Positions 33,723 through 42,531 are shown, counted from the stretch's first letter. The stretch is 64,000 bases of DNA from an uncultured delta proteobacterium (GCA_963804165.1 CAWDPO010000042.1:64001-128000), one strand, 5' to 3'. Translations and numbers: made by a program. Notes: generated by a model from the sequence alone, not told the origin.

Positions 33723-34214
33723 ATGCTCGATGATCTCTATTTCGCTTTAACCGCTACGAAGCGTGGCGCCGAAAGGAACGACAAATACTCAGCGATCGTT
33801 AAAAACAAAATTGCTGTGTGGGAAGCGCTCGAAGAGCTAAGAAAGAGTATTGAGGCGGATGACGACGACACAACCGAACCGATCTTTCGCCGTAAAATGA
33901 ACGACGTAACCCTCGTCATCCGGCGCCGTGATGATCAAGGCGGCACATTTAATTGGGACGTTGAAAGCGATGACTTCGCTACGCTGATTTTTTTTGAATT
34001 TGCCAACTTGTTAAAAATATCCGGTCTGAACATATACGACGTTCACCGCTTCTCAAACGAGACATGCAAAAGACCTTTCATTCCCTTGAGGCAACCGCGC
34101 GAGGGCAGTCCCGCGTACTGCTCAAACGGATGCGCCAGGATTGTAGCTGCAAGAAATTATAGAGCGAACAAAAAAAAGGCAAAGGCGAAGGCCAAGAAAA
34201 AAAAGCGTAAGTAG
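33723..34214 (+). CDS. Hypothetical regulator with CGNR-like zinc finger; start uncertain
   Basis: C-terminal TCKRPF...YCSNGCARIVAARNYR and basic tail. Confidence 0.6.
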   Translation: MLDDLYFALTATKRGAERNDKYSAIVKNKIAVWEALEELRKSIEADDDDTTEPIFRRKMNDVTLVIRRRDDQGGTFNWDVESDDFATLIFFEFANLLKISGLNIYDVHRFSNETCKRPFIPLRQPREGSPAYCSNGCARIVAARNYRANKKKAKAKAKKKKRK

Positions 34215-34651
34215 AAACGAAACGGCCGAGCCCTGCGCTAACAGAGACACCGGCCATGAACGGGGACCACCTTGCGAGCAATCACGCCATTCGTGCGCGT
34301 TCCACTAGCTCGTTGCCGGTGTATGAAAAGCCCCTCTGAACAAGCCACCCTGTACGTTTGATTTTTTCGTTCATCTGCAAGGGTTAATTCGACCGTTCTT
34401 GTCCAAAAACAGGGCGTTAGAGCGCCGTGGTTTCGCGGATTTATCCCGAAATCCCCTTGGCATACCTATTGCGCCCCTAAGGGACAAGGAGAAACCATGT
34501 ATGGAAAGGATTCTCGATTCCAACACTCCTCTTAAATTGCTGAACCGTCTCGCGAACATCGATTGGGCCTTCCACATCTTTGGCTAACCTACTTCAGCAT
34601 TGTACTTGGTGCCTTCCGTTACTTTCTTAACGTCTGAATACCATCCGCCCG

Positions 34652-35634
34652 GTGGTGCGATTGAGTAGGAAGAAATCGGCGGAAAAGATTTCGTTCATCG
34701 AACCGATGTACGCACTCGCCGTGCGGCCTTTGCCCGAAGGCGATTGGCTCTACGAAATCAAACTCGACGGTTATCGCTGTCTTGCTGGCCGTGACGCTGA
34801 CGGCGTAAAGCTCTGGTCGCGGCGCGGCAACGAATTAACTTCTCAATTCCCTACAATTGCCAACGCCTTTAAAAAACTTCCGTCCGGTACGCTCATCGAT
34901 GGTGAGATCGTTGCGATGGATGCGAACCGCCAGATCTCCTTTAACCTGCTCCAGCACCATCGTTCACAGGCTTCGGCAATATGGTTTTTTTGCTTTGATG
35001 TTCTAATTCGATCCGGAAAAAGCATTCTTCAGCTGCCACTCATAAAGCGACGCGATTCCCTTGACGACATGTTACGGCAGGTGCGCAAGGATTCCTACGC
35101 TGTCGATGTTTCACAAATCCTTGTCGCTGGTCCTTCAGAGATTATCCGTACGGTTAGCGAGTTCGGGCTTGAAGGAATCATTGCCAAGCGGCCGAATTCA
35201 ATCTATGAGCCAGGACGGCGCAGCGGCGCATGGCTCAAGTACAAGATCAAACAGGGTCAGGAGTTCTCGTGATCGGCGGCTACACACCCGGCAATCCGTT
35301 CGATGCCGTCATCGTCGGATATTACCAGGACGGTAAGTTATTCTACGCGGGAAAAGTTCGTGCCGGCTTTGTGCCGCACGTCAGGCGCGAGATTATGGCG
35401 AAGATGAAAGCGTTAAGAATCGACGCTTGCCCGTTTGCCAATCTACCGGAGAAAAAGCTCACGCACTGGGCGCTCACCAGAAAAGAGATGAAAAACCGCG
35501 TCTGGCTCGAGCCGAAACTCGTCGCCCAAATAGAGTTCACCGAATGGACTCCAGACGGCCACCTCCAGCACGCGAGTTTCAGCGGGTTACGAACCGATAG
35601 GGACCCGCAGGAAGTTGCTTGGGAGCTCGGTTAA
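34652..35634 (+). CDS. ATP-dependent DNA ligase, LigD ligase/OB domains (frameshift near 35268)
   Basis: YEIKLDGYR, IDGEIV, FDVL, LEGIIAKR, WLKYK, YAGKVRAGF, EFTEWT. Confidence 0.9.
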
Positions 35635-35939
35635 GCGGAAAACGACGCATGCGACGACGCACCCGCGGGCGTGAGCTTGCAATCGTCATCAGTAGCCAAT
35701 TTCGACAATTTAACCTGATCCGTTCAAGCAGCGGCGTTTTGCAGGCGTATTTGCCGTTAAGTCCAGGAGCATTACGCTCTCACGCGTCGGTTTATTTCCT
35801 CGCTAGTTCCCAGATACTCTTTTCAAAATCACGGTACGGCGGTTGCTCAAAGTCCCCCTGCCGGTGACGGGAACCGCAACTTGATTTTACAACCTCGTCA
35901 ATCTCGTACCTCGGCGCAATTAATACAGCCACGCTCTTT

Positions 35940-36032
35940 ATGCTTTACGACCTTCTCCTAGCCGCCATAATCCTGGTACTGGCAATGCTTGTGCCTAAGC
36001 AGCCGCAGCGATGGAACCTAGTCCTGTGCTGA
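35940..36032 (+). CDS. Hydrophobic micropeptide, MLYD paralog 1 (30 aa)
   Basis: MLYDLLLAAIILVLAMLVPKQPQRWNLVLC; TGATG overlap with next gene. Confidence 0.45.
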   Translation: MLYDLLLAAIILVLAMLVPKQPQRWNLVLC

Positions 36033-36463
36033 TGCAGATAATTCGATATTTGATTACGGCGGCGCAGGCTGTCCTAGCCGTGTCGGTGATTATTGCGGGC
36101 GTCTCATCCGAAAATCATGCAGTCGGTCTGGTCTTAGCTTTTGTGGGAGCAATTCTTGTTTTCCATTTGCTTATGAAGACTCCCGTGAAAGGAACGTTCC
36201 TCTGTCCGCGTTGCTCTACGCGAATCAAACGCGGCACGGCTAAATGCCCTCACTGCAGCGCCCGTCTTGTCCTCCGACCGAAGGCAACATTCTATCACCG
36301 CGGCGCCAGAGAGATCCTGGCCGACGCGATCAATCATCCACGCGACCACAGTATCCGCGAGCGTGACTTGAATAGCACTGAGATTGTGATAACCGAACGG
36401 CACCATGCTTTACGACATCCTCGTTGCCGTCCTGATCCTCATACCAACAGTGTTCGTGTATAG
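36032..36463 (+). CDS. Two-TM protein with zinc ribbon
   Basis: Two hydrophobic helices then CPRC...CPHC; 3' end uncertain. Confidence 0.6.
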   Translation: MQIIRYLITAAQAVLAVSVIIAGVSSENHAVGLVLAFVGAILVFHLLMKTPVKGTFLCPRCSTRIKRGTAKCPHCSARLVLRPKATFYHRGAREILADAINHPRDHSIRERDLNSTEIVITERHHALRHPRCRPDPHTNSVRV

Positions 36464-36470
36464 ATGGACA
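36361..36470 (+). repeat. About 110-bp direct repeat, copy A (upstream region plus MLYD peptide)
   Basis: Aligns with 37323-37433. Confidence 0.85.
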
Positions 36471-36602
36471 TGTCGCGCTGACATGCCGAAGAAAATCGAG
36501 AGAGCCGGAAGCCGAAAAGAAGAACACTCTTTCGCAGCTGTCTCAGTGACCAATCAGGTAAAGACCACGCCTGCCAAGTTGGAGCAAGAGCACGCGTTCT
36601 AA
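36405..36602 (+). CDS. Hydrophobic micropeptide, MLYD paralog 2
   Basis: MLYDILVAVLILIPTVFVYRWTCR...; two extra bases relative to copy B extend it to 65 aa. Confidence 0.55.
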   Translation: MLYDILVAVLILIPTVFVYRWTCRADMPKKIERAGSRKEEHSFAAVSVTNQVKTTPAKLEQEHAF

Positions 36603-37012
36603 GCTTTACGCGGTGTGAACTCCCAACGCGCCGGCATTCTCGCTAGCTCCGCATTCAATCGGTCGATCTCTGCCTTAATCTTTTCATCTTTGGTGCGAAG
36701 GTATCGACTGCCAAGCCGGCCTAGGCGCTGATCGATCGCGTAGCGGACGGCGGCATGAATGCCGGCAAAGTTAACGCGAAGGTTTTGCTGTTGCCCTTCG
36801 CCCTGCTCGCCACCGAGGCTGAAAGGTTGCGGCGTGCGATCGAGGTGATGTCGGAATGCTTTCGCGTGCCCTTGCGTATCGATGTAGCGCTCGACCGCGT
36901 CTAGTGCCTCGTGAACCTCGGGCGTATCGATGCGGTGCTCTTTGCAATTGAGTGTTGCGTCCTCCAGTATTTTGAGGGCTTCAAGGACTCGCACACGACC
37001 ATTTAGACCCAA
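36599..37012 (-). CDS. Hypothetical protein
   Basis: 137-aa ORF with natural composition. Confidence 0.6.
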   Translation of the reverse strand: MGLNGRVRVLEALKILEDATLNCKEHRIDTPEVHEALDAVERYIDTQGHAKAFRHHLDRTPQPFSLGGEQGEGQQQNLRVNFAGIHAAVRYAIDQRLGRLGSRYLRTKDEKIKAEIDRLNAELARMPARWEFTPRKA

Positions 37013-37148
37013 AGGCCGTGATACTGAAAATATATTCAGGTGTCAATCGGAGAAACTAATGGAAAATTCTGTTTTAAGGTTGACAGGCGTGTCCGTAATT
37101 GACCTATATTAACCTTGGTTTCCTACCTACATTTTAGGGGGCGCACCA

Positions 37149-37318
37149 TGGTCAAAGATACGCAATTGACGGAGCTCCAATCCGTTAATGAGAAGATGGC
37201 TCAACTCTCAAGACAGATTCTAACCGAGCCATACAGCCCAAAGCGTGAAGAACAAGTAAGAGAACTCGGCCGACTTAAAGAGCAGGCAAGGCAACTACGA
37301 AACGAACAGCTGAACTGA
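37149..37318 (+). CDS. Small helical hypothetical protein
   Basis: MVKDTQLTELQSVNEKMAQL... preceded by AGGGGG RBS. Confidence 0.5.
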
Positions 37319-37322
37319 ACGC

Positions 37323-37433
37323 GCGTGGCTTGAACAGCGCTGATGTCGGTGATAACTGCACGGCACCATGCTTTATGACATCCTCGTTGCCGTCGTAGTT
37401 CTTGTACCAGTAGTGTTCGTGTATAGATGGACG
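37323..37433 (+). repeat. About 110-bp direct repeat, copy B
   Basis: Aligns with 36361-36470. Confidence 0.85.
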
Positions 37434-37442
37434 CGGCGCTAA
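37368..37442 (+). CDS. Hydrophobic micropeptide, MLYD paralog 3 (24 aa)
   Basis: MLYDILVAVVVLVPVVFVYRWTRR*; differences from paralog 2 are mostly synonymous or conservative. Confidence 0.6.
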   Translation: MLYDILVAVVVLVPVVFVYRWTRR

Positions 37443-37490
37443 CGCCCATTAGCTTGCAATCAAACCCTCTGGGCGATAAAGGCAAGCGTC

Positions 37491-37664
37491 ATGCCCTACC
37501 CGCTCCGATTCTACCTGTATCTCTTCGTCGCTAACGTCGCGGTGTTCCTCGCTGCTAAATGGCTTTCTCCGTACGGCCTCGGCTCCAATCCGGCGTTGTC
37601 CTTAGGTGCGGCCTATGTCGTCATTCTCATTCGCCGGCGGGTGCTCGGACGAAAGAATTTGTAA
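37491..37664 (+). CDS. 57-aa two-TM micropeptide
   Basis: MPYPLRFYLYLFVANVAVFLAAKWLSPYGLGSNPALSLGAAYVVILIRRRVLGRKNL. Confidence 0.45.
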   Translation: MPYPLRFYLYLFVANVAVFLAAKWLSPYGLGSNPALSLGAAYVVILIRRRVLGRKNL

Positions 37665-37798
37665 TGACATGCAATCGAGCACAGCCGCGGGCGTGAAAGA
37701 ACGAGGCTGCACCGCAAGGTCGGCCCCGTTTCTATTCTTTGCATGACGGTATAATGGGTTGTTGTTTGGCTCTCTAGCCTGAGCTAGACCTTATTCGG

Positions 37799-37957
37799 AT
37801 GAGGCGCAACCGGCATAGTTCCAAGCCGCGCCGCTGGAAGCGTAGCCACGCATTCACCACCCGTCATCGATGGAACCTCCGGCTAATCCGGCTAATCATA
37901 ACCGTTGGTATCATTGCACTACTGCTACTGCACCTACTGCGCATTATTTTCTTTTGA
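37799..37957 (+). CDS. 52-aa basic-then-hydrophobic micropeptide
   Basis: MRRNRHSSKPRRWKRSHAFTTRHRWNLRLIRLIITVGIIALLLLHLLRIIFF. Confidence 0.35.
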   Translation: MRRNRHSSKPRRWKRSHAFTTRHRWNLRLIRLIITVGIIALLLLHLLRIIFF

Positions 37958-38218
37958 GCCCGCACCTCTCCCGGCATGCCTGCGTAACCCGACCAGCTGC
38001 CTCGGGTTAGTCTCTGCGATTTTAAGCACACGGCTGCGGTAATATCGCGGATCTAGCCCAAGAGTGGCGCACACCCATTTGTAGCTGCCAACGTCTGCCG
38101 ACATTGATTCAAACCACGCGCGGGCGTTGCGTTGTCTGGAGTCGCGCGTAACGCCGGCAACGTCCGTAGTTGCCTCAATCAAAACGCCGAGCCAAAGCGC
38201 TTTTTCTTCCATAGACAA
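37934..38218 (-). CDS. Hypothetical phage-type protein
   Basis: EKALWLGVLIEATTD...ARAWFES...SYKWVCATLGLDP. Confidence 0.65.
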   Translation of the reverse strand: MSMEEKALWLGVLIEATTDVAGVTRDSRQRNARAWFESMSADVGSYKWVCATLGLDPRYYRSRVLKIAETNPRQLVGLRRHAGRGAGSKENNAQ

Positions 38219-38341
38219 TTTGTCGCTTTTCCGACAAGTGCCGGCCTTGTTGACAAGGGCGCCCTAAGTAAATAGTTTCGCGCCGCTGTGAAGCTCCGCA
38301 ATCACCCTGGAATAAGCACCTAGCCGCCGAGCTGGCTTGCA

Positions 38342-38587
38342 ATGTCGGGAGCGCACGAGAAAAGGTCGCCCGGTGAATCCGCCGTCCTCACGCACGTTGC
38401 TCTCTCCAAAATTGACCCGATAACGATTTGTTATCTAACCGTGCAATTTGAGAATGAGGAATACTTGGGAACTCTGCTCTGCAAAGGTCCCGAACTTTGT
38501 CGCACTGTGTACCAAATCCTGCAAAACCATATTGGAAAACCGATGAATGAGATTGGCGATTTCGACTTGCCCTACCCATCAACATAA
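38342..38587 (+). CDS. Hypothetical protein
   Basis: 81-aa ORF ending ILQNHIGKPMNEIGDFDL. Confidence 0.55.
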   Translation: MSGAHEKRSPGESAVLTHVALSKIDPITICYLTVQFENEEYLGTLLCKGPELCRTVYQILQNHIGKPMNEIGDFDLPYPST

Positions 38588-38625
38588 GAGCTCTTCAAGT
38601 CAGGGCTCAGAAAGTAAAGGTTTTA

Positions 38626-38843
38626 TGCCAAAGCGCACGACAAAGCAGCCGCATATGTATTCATTTAGCGTTCAATTTGAAGGCAAGAAATACGAAGCGA
38701 GCTACTCTATACAGTCTGGCGTCGTCACTGTTACTTCCGATTACGGCTCTCAATCAACTCATGCTGGCGGAAAAGCCGATTTAACTGCGCGCATGTTGCT
38801 CCGCGAAATCCTGGAGGGTGCGAAAGCTCGCGGTAAACTTTAA
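38626..38843 (+). CDS. Hypothetical protein
   Basis: MPKRTTKQPHMYSFSVQFEGKKYEASYSIQSGVVTV...ARMLLREIL with RBS. Confidence 0.6.
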
Positions 38844-38893
38844 TTTGAATATGATGTAATCCTTGGCCGTCATGAGCTGCGAAAATACGGTTT

Positions 38894-40961
38894 CTATAAA
38901 ATCCTTTGCTTTGGAGTCCATGAGTTACCCACATGTTGTATTCGCCGCACCTCAAAGTGTCTGTTGATCGTGAGTGGCGGCCCCCCGGTGGCGGCCCTCC
39001 CGGGTCGATTCGATCGACGCAAAGACTGAACGCGCGCGCCACATAGGACCACAGCGTGCGCTTATCCCGTCTTTCATCTTCGTACGACCATCGCCCGCTT
39101 AGGGCTTCTACGAGTAAACGCGCATTGCTCCTATCTATCTGAAGCGCCGGCTTCATTGTGAATGGCTGCGCCTTCCCGAAGACGTCAAGCATCGAATCTT
39201 TCCGAGTCTCCCACGGGTGACAAGCCGGGTCCCAGCTACCGCCGAGGCTGCTGTTAAGCATCCCGGCGAAGTCGCTTTGTGCTTGAGTCTCTAATTCCTC
39301 AACGACACCGAAGAGTAGCCGGCGGTCGTTAAATACCCATGGGCAATTAGCCACAAGAAACGGTTTTACGATTGTCTCAACGTGGCGCCGTAAGCTCATC
39401 TGCTCGTTCGCGAATGCCGCAAGAACAGTAATCGCGCCGTCGTCACTTTGAGCAATGACGGTTGCCGGCACTTCAAACGTTTGGCCGATGTAGACGGGTC
39501 CGCGAAAAGGCTCGATCGCTTCCGTTGGAACGTGCTGCGACAAATTGAATCCACGAGCTGCACGGCTACCGATCTCGCCGCGATGGGCCATGGCTGCAAC
39601 GCTCGCCATTGCCAGCGCGACGATGGCGTCAATCTTCTTGCTGGCCTTCTCTTTGGCGATTCTCCAGCCGCGGGGGTTCTCAACGGCTACCGTTGAAAGC
39701 GCTTGCTGTCTCAAATCGTCCGCCGGGTAGATCTCGAGGTTTAGCCCGGTGAGTAGATCGAAAAGGGTTTGCCCCATGAGCGTGCAGTTGGTTTGTGTCT
39801 GGGAAAACTCACGGATAGGCACGCCGGCGGCCTGTAGCGTGGTGATCGATCGGTGCATCTGGTACGGATCGGCGAGTATTTCCACAAATCGCTACGCTCG
39901 TTAAGGTCGCGCAAGTCCTGTTCGACGGTGTCCTCAAGGTCAAGCGGCTGTGTCGGCGTAGGTTTCCAAATCTTGTGAGACACGAGAATCAAGCGCTCGC
40001 CGGCTTCGTCCCACTTGAGAGCTACGCGCGCGGCATTGTCGTGCTTGATACCGACGTCGACGCCAACAAATAACGGCTCGCGGTCGGTGATGCTCGGTCG
40101 ATGCAGTTGATTGACGCACGGGTCACACATTTCAGGCGTGATGAATGTTTCTTCAGCCACCGCCCATTGGTTACGGTGCAAGCGCAGATAGGTGCCTGGC
40201 CTGAGTGTCTTTTTCTGGCTGTCGTAGTACGCCTGCGTTTGCCACTTCATGCGCGGTTCGTGGTCCCAGTAGGCAAACAACCGCGCCTCACGGTTACAGT
40301 AGATCGGCAAATCAGGGTGAAGCTTTTCGCCTTGGCCTTCGGGGTGCTCGTCCTTGCTCACGACTTGTTTGTACAGGTCCCAAAGCAAAGCCGATTCGCC
40401 TTCAAAGCCGGCATAGGTGGTAACCAGCCGGATCGAATTACGCCGGGTAGGCACGGGCGTCAACTCTTCCCAAAGCCGGATGCTCGACTCGCTCGTATAG
40501 CCCCAAAGCTCGTCATAGCTCACAAGTCCATGGTTAGAGCCCGCGGCGCCGGCATAGTCACCGCTGATCGCCGTTGCTGTGGTTCCGTTGGCAAGAAATA
40601 TAGTCTTGCTCTGCACCTCGGCTTCCCGCTGCAGCTCGGGGTTGTGCTTGATGATGCCTTCCATGGTCTTGAACACACGCGCGAGGGTTTGCTCAAGGTC
40701 GTTGGCGAGTATCAGGATTTCATTCGGCGCCTCTTGTGTGAATCCCCAGGCAAGCGTTAACGCGCCGTTCAGCGTGGTCTTGCCGCTCTTCTTGATGCAG
40801 CTGTAGATGATCGTGTCCCACGGCAAGCGGCCGTCCTGATCGAAGTCAAAGGCAAGGCGTAAGATTTCCCGCTGCTCGTCTATCAACGCGAACGGTTCTC
40901 CCAGCTCGTTTTTCTTAACGACTCTGTCAATGAAGGTGATAGGGGAAACGATGTTGCTCAC
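38894..40961 (-). CDS. terL: Terminase large subunit with extra C-terminal domain (frameshift near 39885; 3' end uncertain)
   Basis: Walker A CIKKSGKTT, Walker B YDELWG, motif III VTTYAG, nuclease GVDVGIKHD...ADPYQ...KKIDAIVALAMA. Confidence 0.88.
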
Positions 40962-41185
40962 ACTTGATCCAACAGCACGTGAAACTGAATAATGCCGACT
41001 TGATCGAGCATCGCCCTGGCGCGTCTCAGCGCATAGCCATCCATGCGGCAGTGATCAGAGCAGAACTTCTTACCGCTCTTCGCTTCTGTTGGAGCTTTGC
41101 AAAACGGATTGTCACACGGTTTAAAGCCGTGCTGCTCCGCCGTTAACGGCTCACTGGCGCACGATTGCATGATCTGTAGTGTCAT
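40958..41185 (-). CDS. Small Cys-rich hypothetical protein between terS and terL
   Basis: CDNPFC...KKFCSDHCR. Confidence 0.55.
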   Translation of the reverse strand: MTLQIMQSCASEPLTAEQHGFKPCDNPFCKAPTEAKSGKKFCSDHCRMDGYALRRARAMLDQVGIIQFHVLLDQV

Positions 41186-41618
41186 TGCCCCCGCTGGTTG
41201 CTTCCGGCTGGTTTAGGAGGTCTGCAAGTGAAGTCGTTTTGACACGGCGTTGAAGGCCAAGGGCCTGAAGATTCCCGCGCATGTGACTCGAAAGCTTAAC
41301 CCACGTATCGACTACGGAAATAACTTTGTTGTCGCGCACGATCTTGCCGTCTATCGACATCAGGTAGTTTTCAACGGTGCCTTTGAACAGCATTGTGTTG
41401 ACGGTGTCGGTAATGAGCGTTCTTTCCTGGGAGCTTGGATCCCCGCCAAGCGCGCTAATCAATTCCTGCTCTTTTTCTCTGAGCACTTTGGCGAGAGACA
41501 TGCGACCGTCAAGCTTTCCACCCAACATTCGGCGGTAAACATGCAGCGAATGTTTGACGGCGTGTGTATTGCCCTTAGCAACGGGTTTGACCGGCTTATC
41601 GCCCTTTTTGAACGGCAT
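41151..41618 (-). CDS. Terminase small subunit-like protein
   Basis: MPFKKG...GNTHAVKHS, DGR...LGGD, LQALGLQRR; lies upstream of terL. Confidence 0.65.
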   Translation of the reverse strand: MPFKKGDKPVKPVAKGNTHAVKHSLHVYRRMLGGKLDGRMSLAKVLREKEQELISALGGDPSSQERTLITDTVNTMLFKGTVENYLMSIDGKIVRDNKVISVVDTWVKLSSHMRGNLQALGLQRRVKTTSLADLLNQPEATSGGNDTTDHAIVRQ

Positions 41619-41698
41619 TTTGCCTCTTACTTGCCCCCAAGACATGCCCCCAGAATAAAAAAGCCATGAAGATCAACAACTTTCGTCGCTGTCATCAT

Positions 41699-41748
41699 GG
41701 CTCATATCCGCGGCGTCGAGAGTTCGAATCTCTCCACCGCCACCAATT
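41699..41748 (+). repeat. attR: displaced 3' half of tRNA-Met
   Basis: GGCTCATATCCGCGGCGTCGAGAGTTCGAATCTCTCCACCGCCACCAATT. Confidence 0.93.
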
Positions 41749-41811
41749 TCTTTTGCGAACAATCTCGGATTTCAGCGGTCTTTTCAAAAAGCTCGGCACC
41801 CGGGTGTCCCT

Positions 41812-42531
41812 TTAGAATTTTCTCGACCATGCCTCTCCCCCATAACGCTCGCGTACTAGCGCCTCGATTCGTGCCAGGGGCACATGCGGCAACACCTCGT
41901 CCGCGGTCCACCCTTCTCTCAAACCATCACGCACTGACCCGGCGGGTATATTGAGATTGGCAACAAACTCCAAGTGTGGCCGATCACGGCGATACGCAGG
42001 CTGTTGAGCCGGCATGCGGAGATATCGTTCAATCAATGGCAAATTGAAGTCCAATAGAAATGTGCCGTGGACAAGAACGAAACGAGCCTTTCGATATTGC
42101 GCATTGCCGGAAACTTTGCGTCCTGAAATCGTGAGATCGCTTATGCCGTCGACGCGCGCTTTCACGCCGGCTAATTTCTCGATGACACGCCGATGTCGTT
42201 CCAGCACGTAGTGAAAAGCGTCACTGATAGTTCTTAGCCGGCATGTACTGTTATTTAGAATCAGCGAATAGTTGAGACAACCGGGACCTTGCACTACGAC
42301 GCCGCCGCCACTTACGCGTCTCAATATTGATACTCCGTCTGCCTTGCACGTCAATAAATTTACTTCGGAGTGCAATCGATTGGAGTGACCGAGCACAATA
42401 AAATGGTCCGTCGACTCCCAAACTCGCAAGAGCGAGTCCGGGAGTCGATCGTTTTCGAACAACTCCAACAGCGCTTGGTCGCAGGCAAGATTAGTTGCCG
42501 GATCTCCGAGTGTAAGATCGAGATATTTCAT
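41812..42531 (-). CDS. Lipoate--protein ligase family protein
   Basis: NLACDQALL, RRVSGGGVVV, KVSGNAQ, HGTFL; divergent from the PDH operon. Confidence 0.9.
   Translation of the reverse strand: MKYLDLTLGDPATNLACDQALLELFENDRLPDSLLRVWESTDHFIVLGHSNRLHSEVNLLTCKADGVSILRRVSGGGVVVQGPGCLNYSLILNNSTCRLRTISDAFHYVLERHRRVIEKLAGVKARVDGISDLTISGRKVSGNAQYRKARFVLVHGTFLLDFNLPLIERYLRMPAQQPAYRRDRPHLEFVANLNIPAGSVRDGLREGWTADEVLPHVPLARIEALVRERYGGEAWSRKF

Larger units (their letters stand above)
26196..41748. mobile_element. tRNA-Met-integrated phage-satellite-like or defective prophage element (about 15.5 kb)
   Basis: 50-bp direct repeat of the tRNA 3' half (26196-26245 and 41699-41748, 3 mismatches); integrase next to attL; primase, terminases; no recognisable capsid, portal or tail. 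Confidence 0.92.

Noticed and set aside
36361-37433. 110-bp repeat pair as a DGR template/variable repeat
   Set aside because: Mismatches are not adenine-specific and there is no reverse transcriptase in the window.
35640-37700. Repeats read as a CRISPR array or integron cassette array
   Set aside because: No regular repeat-spacer period, no cas genes, no RYYYAAC/GTTRRRY attC boxes, and the integrase lacks IntI features.
37676-37735. Hairpin as group II intron domain V/VI
   Set aside because: Lacks the AGC/CGC triad helix geometry and no intron ORF is present.
41699-41745. Second tRNA-Met gene
   Set aside because: Only the 3' half is present; it is attR.
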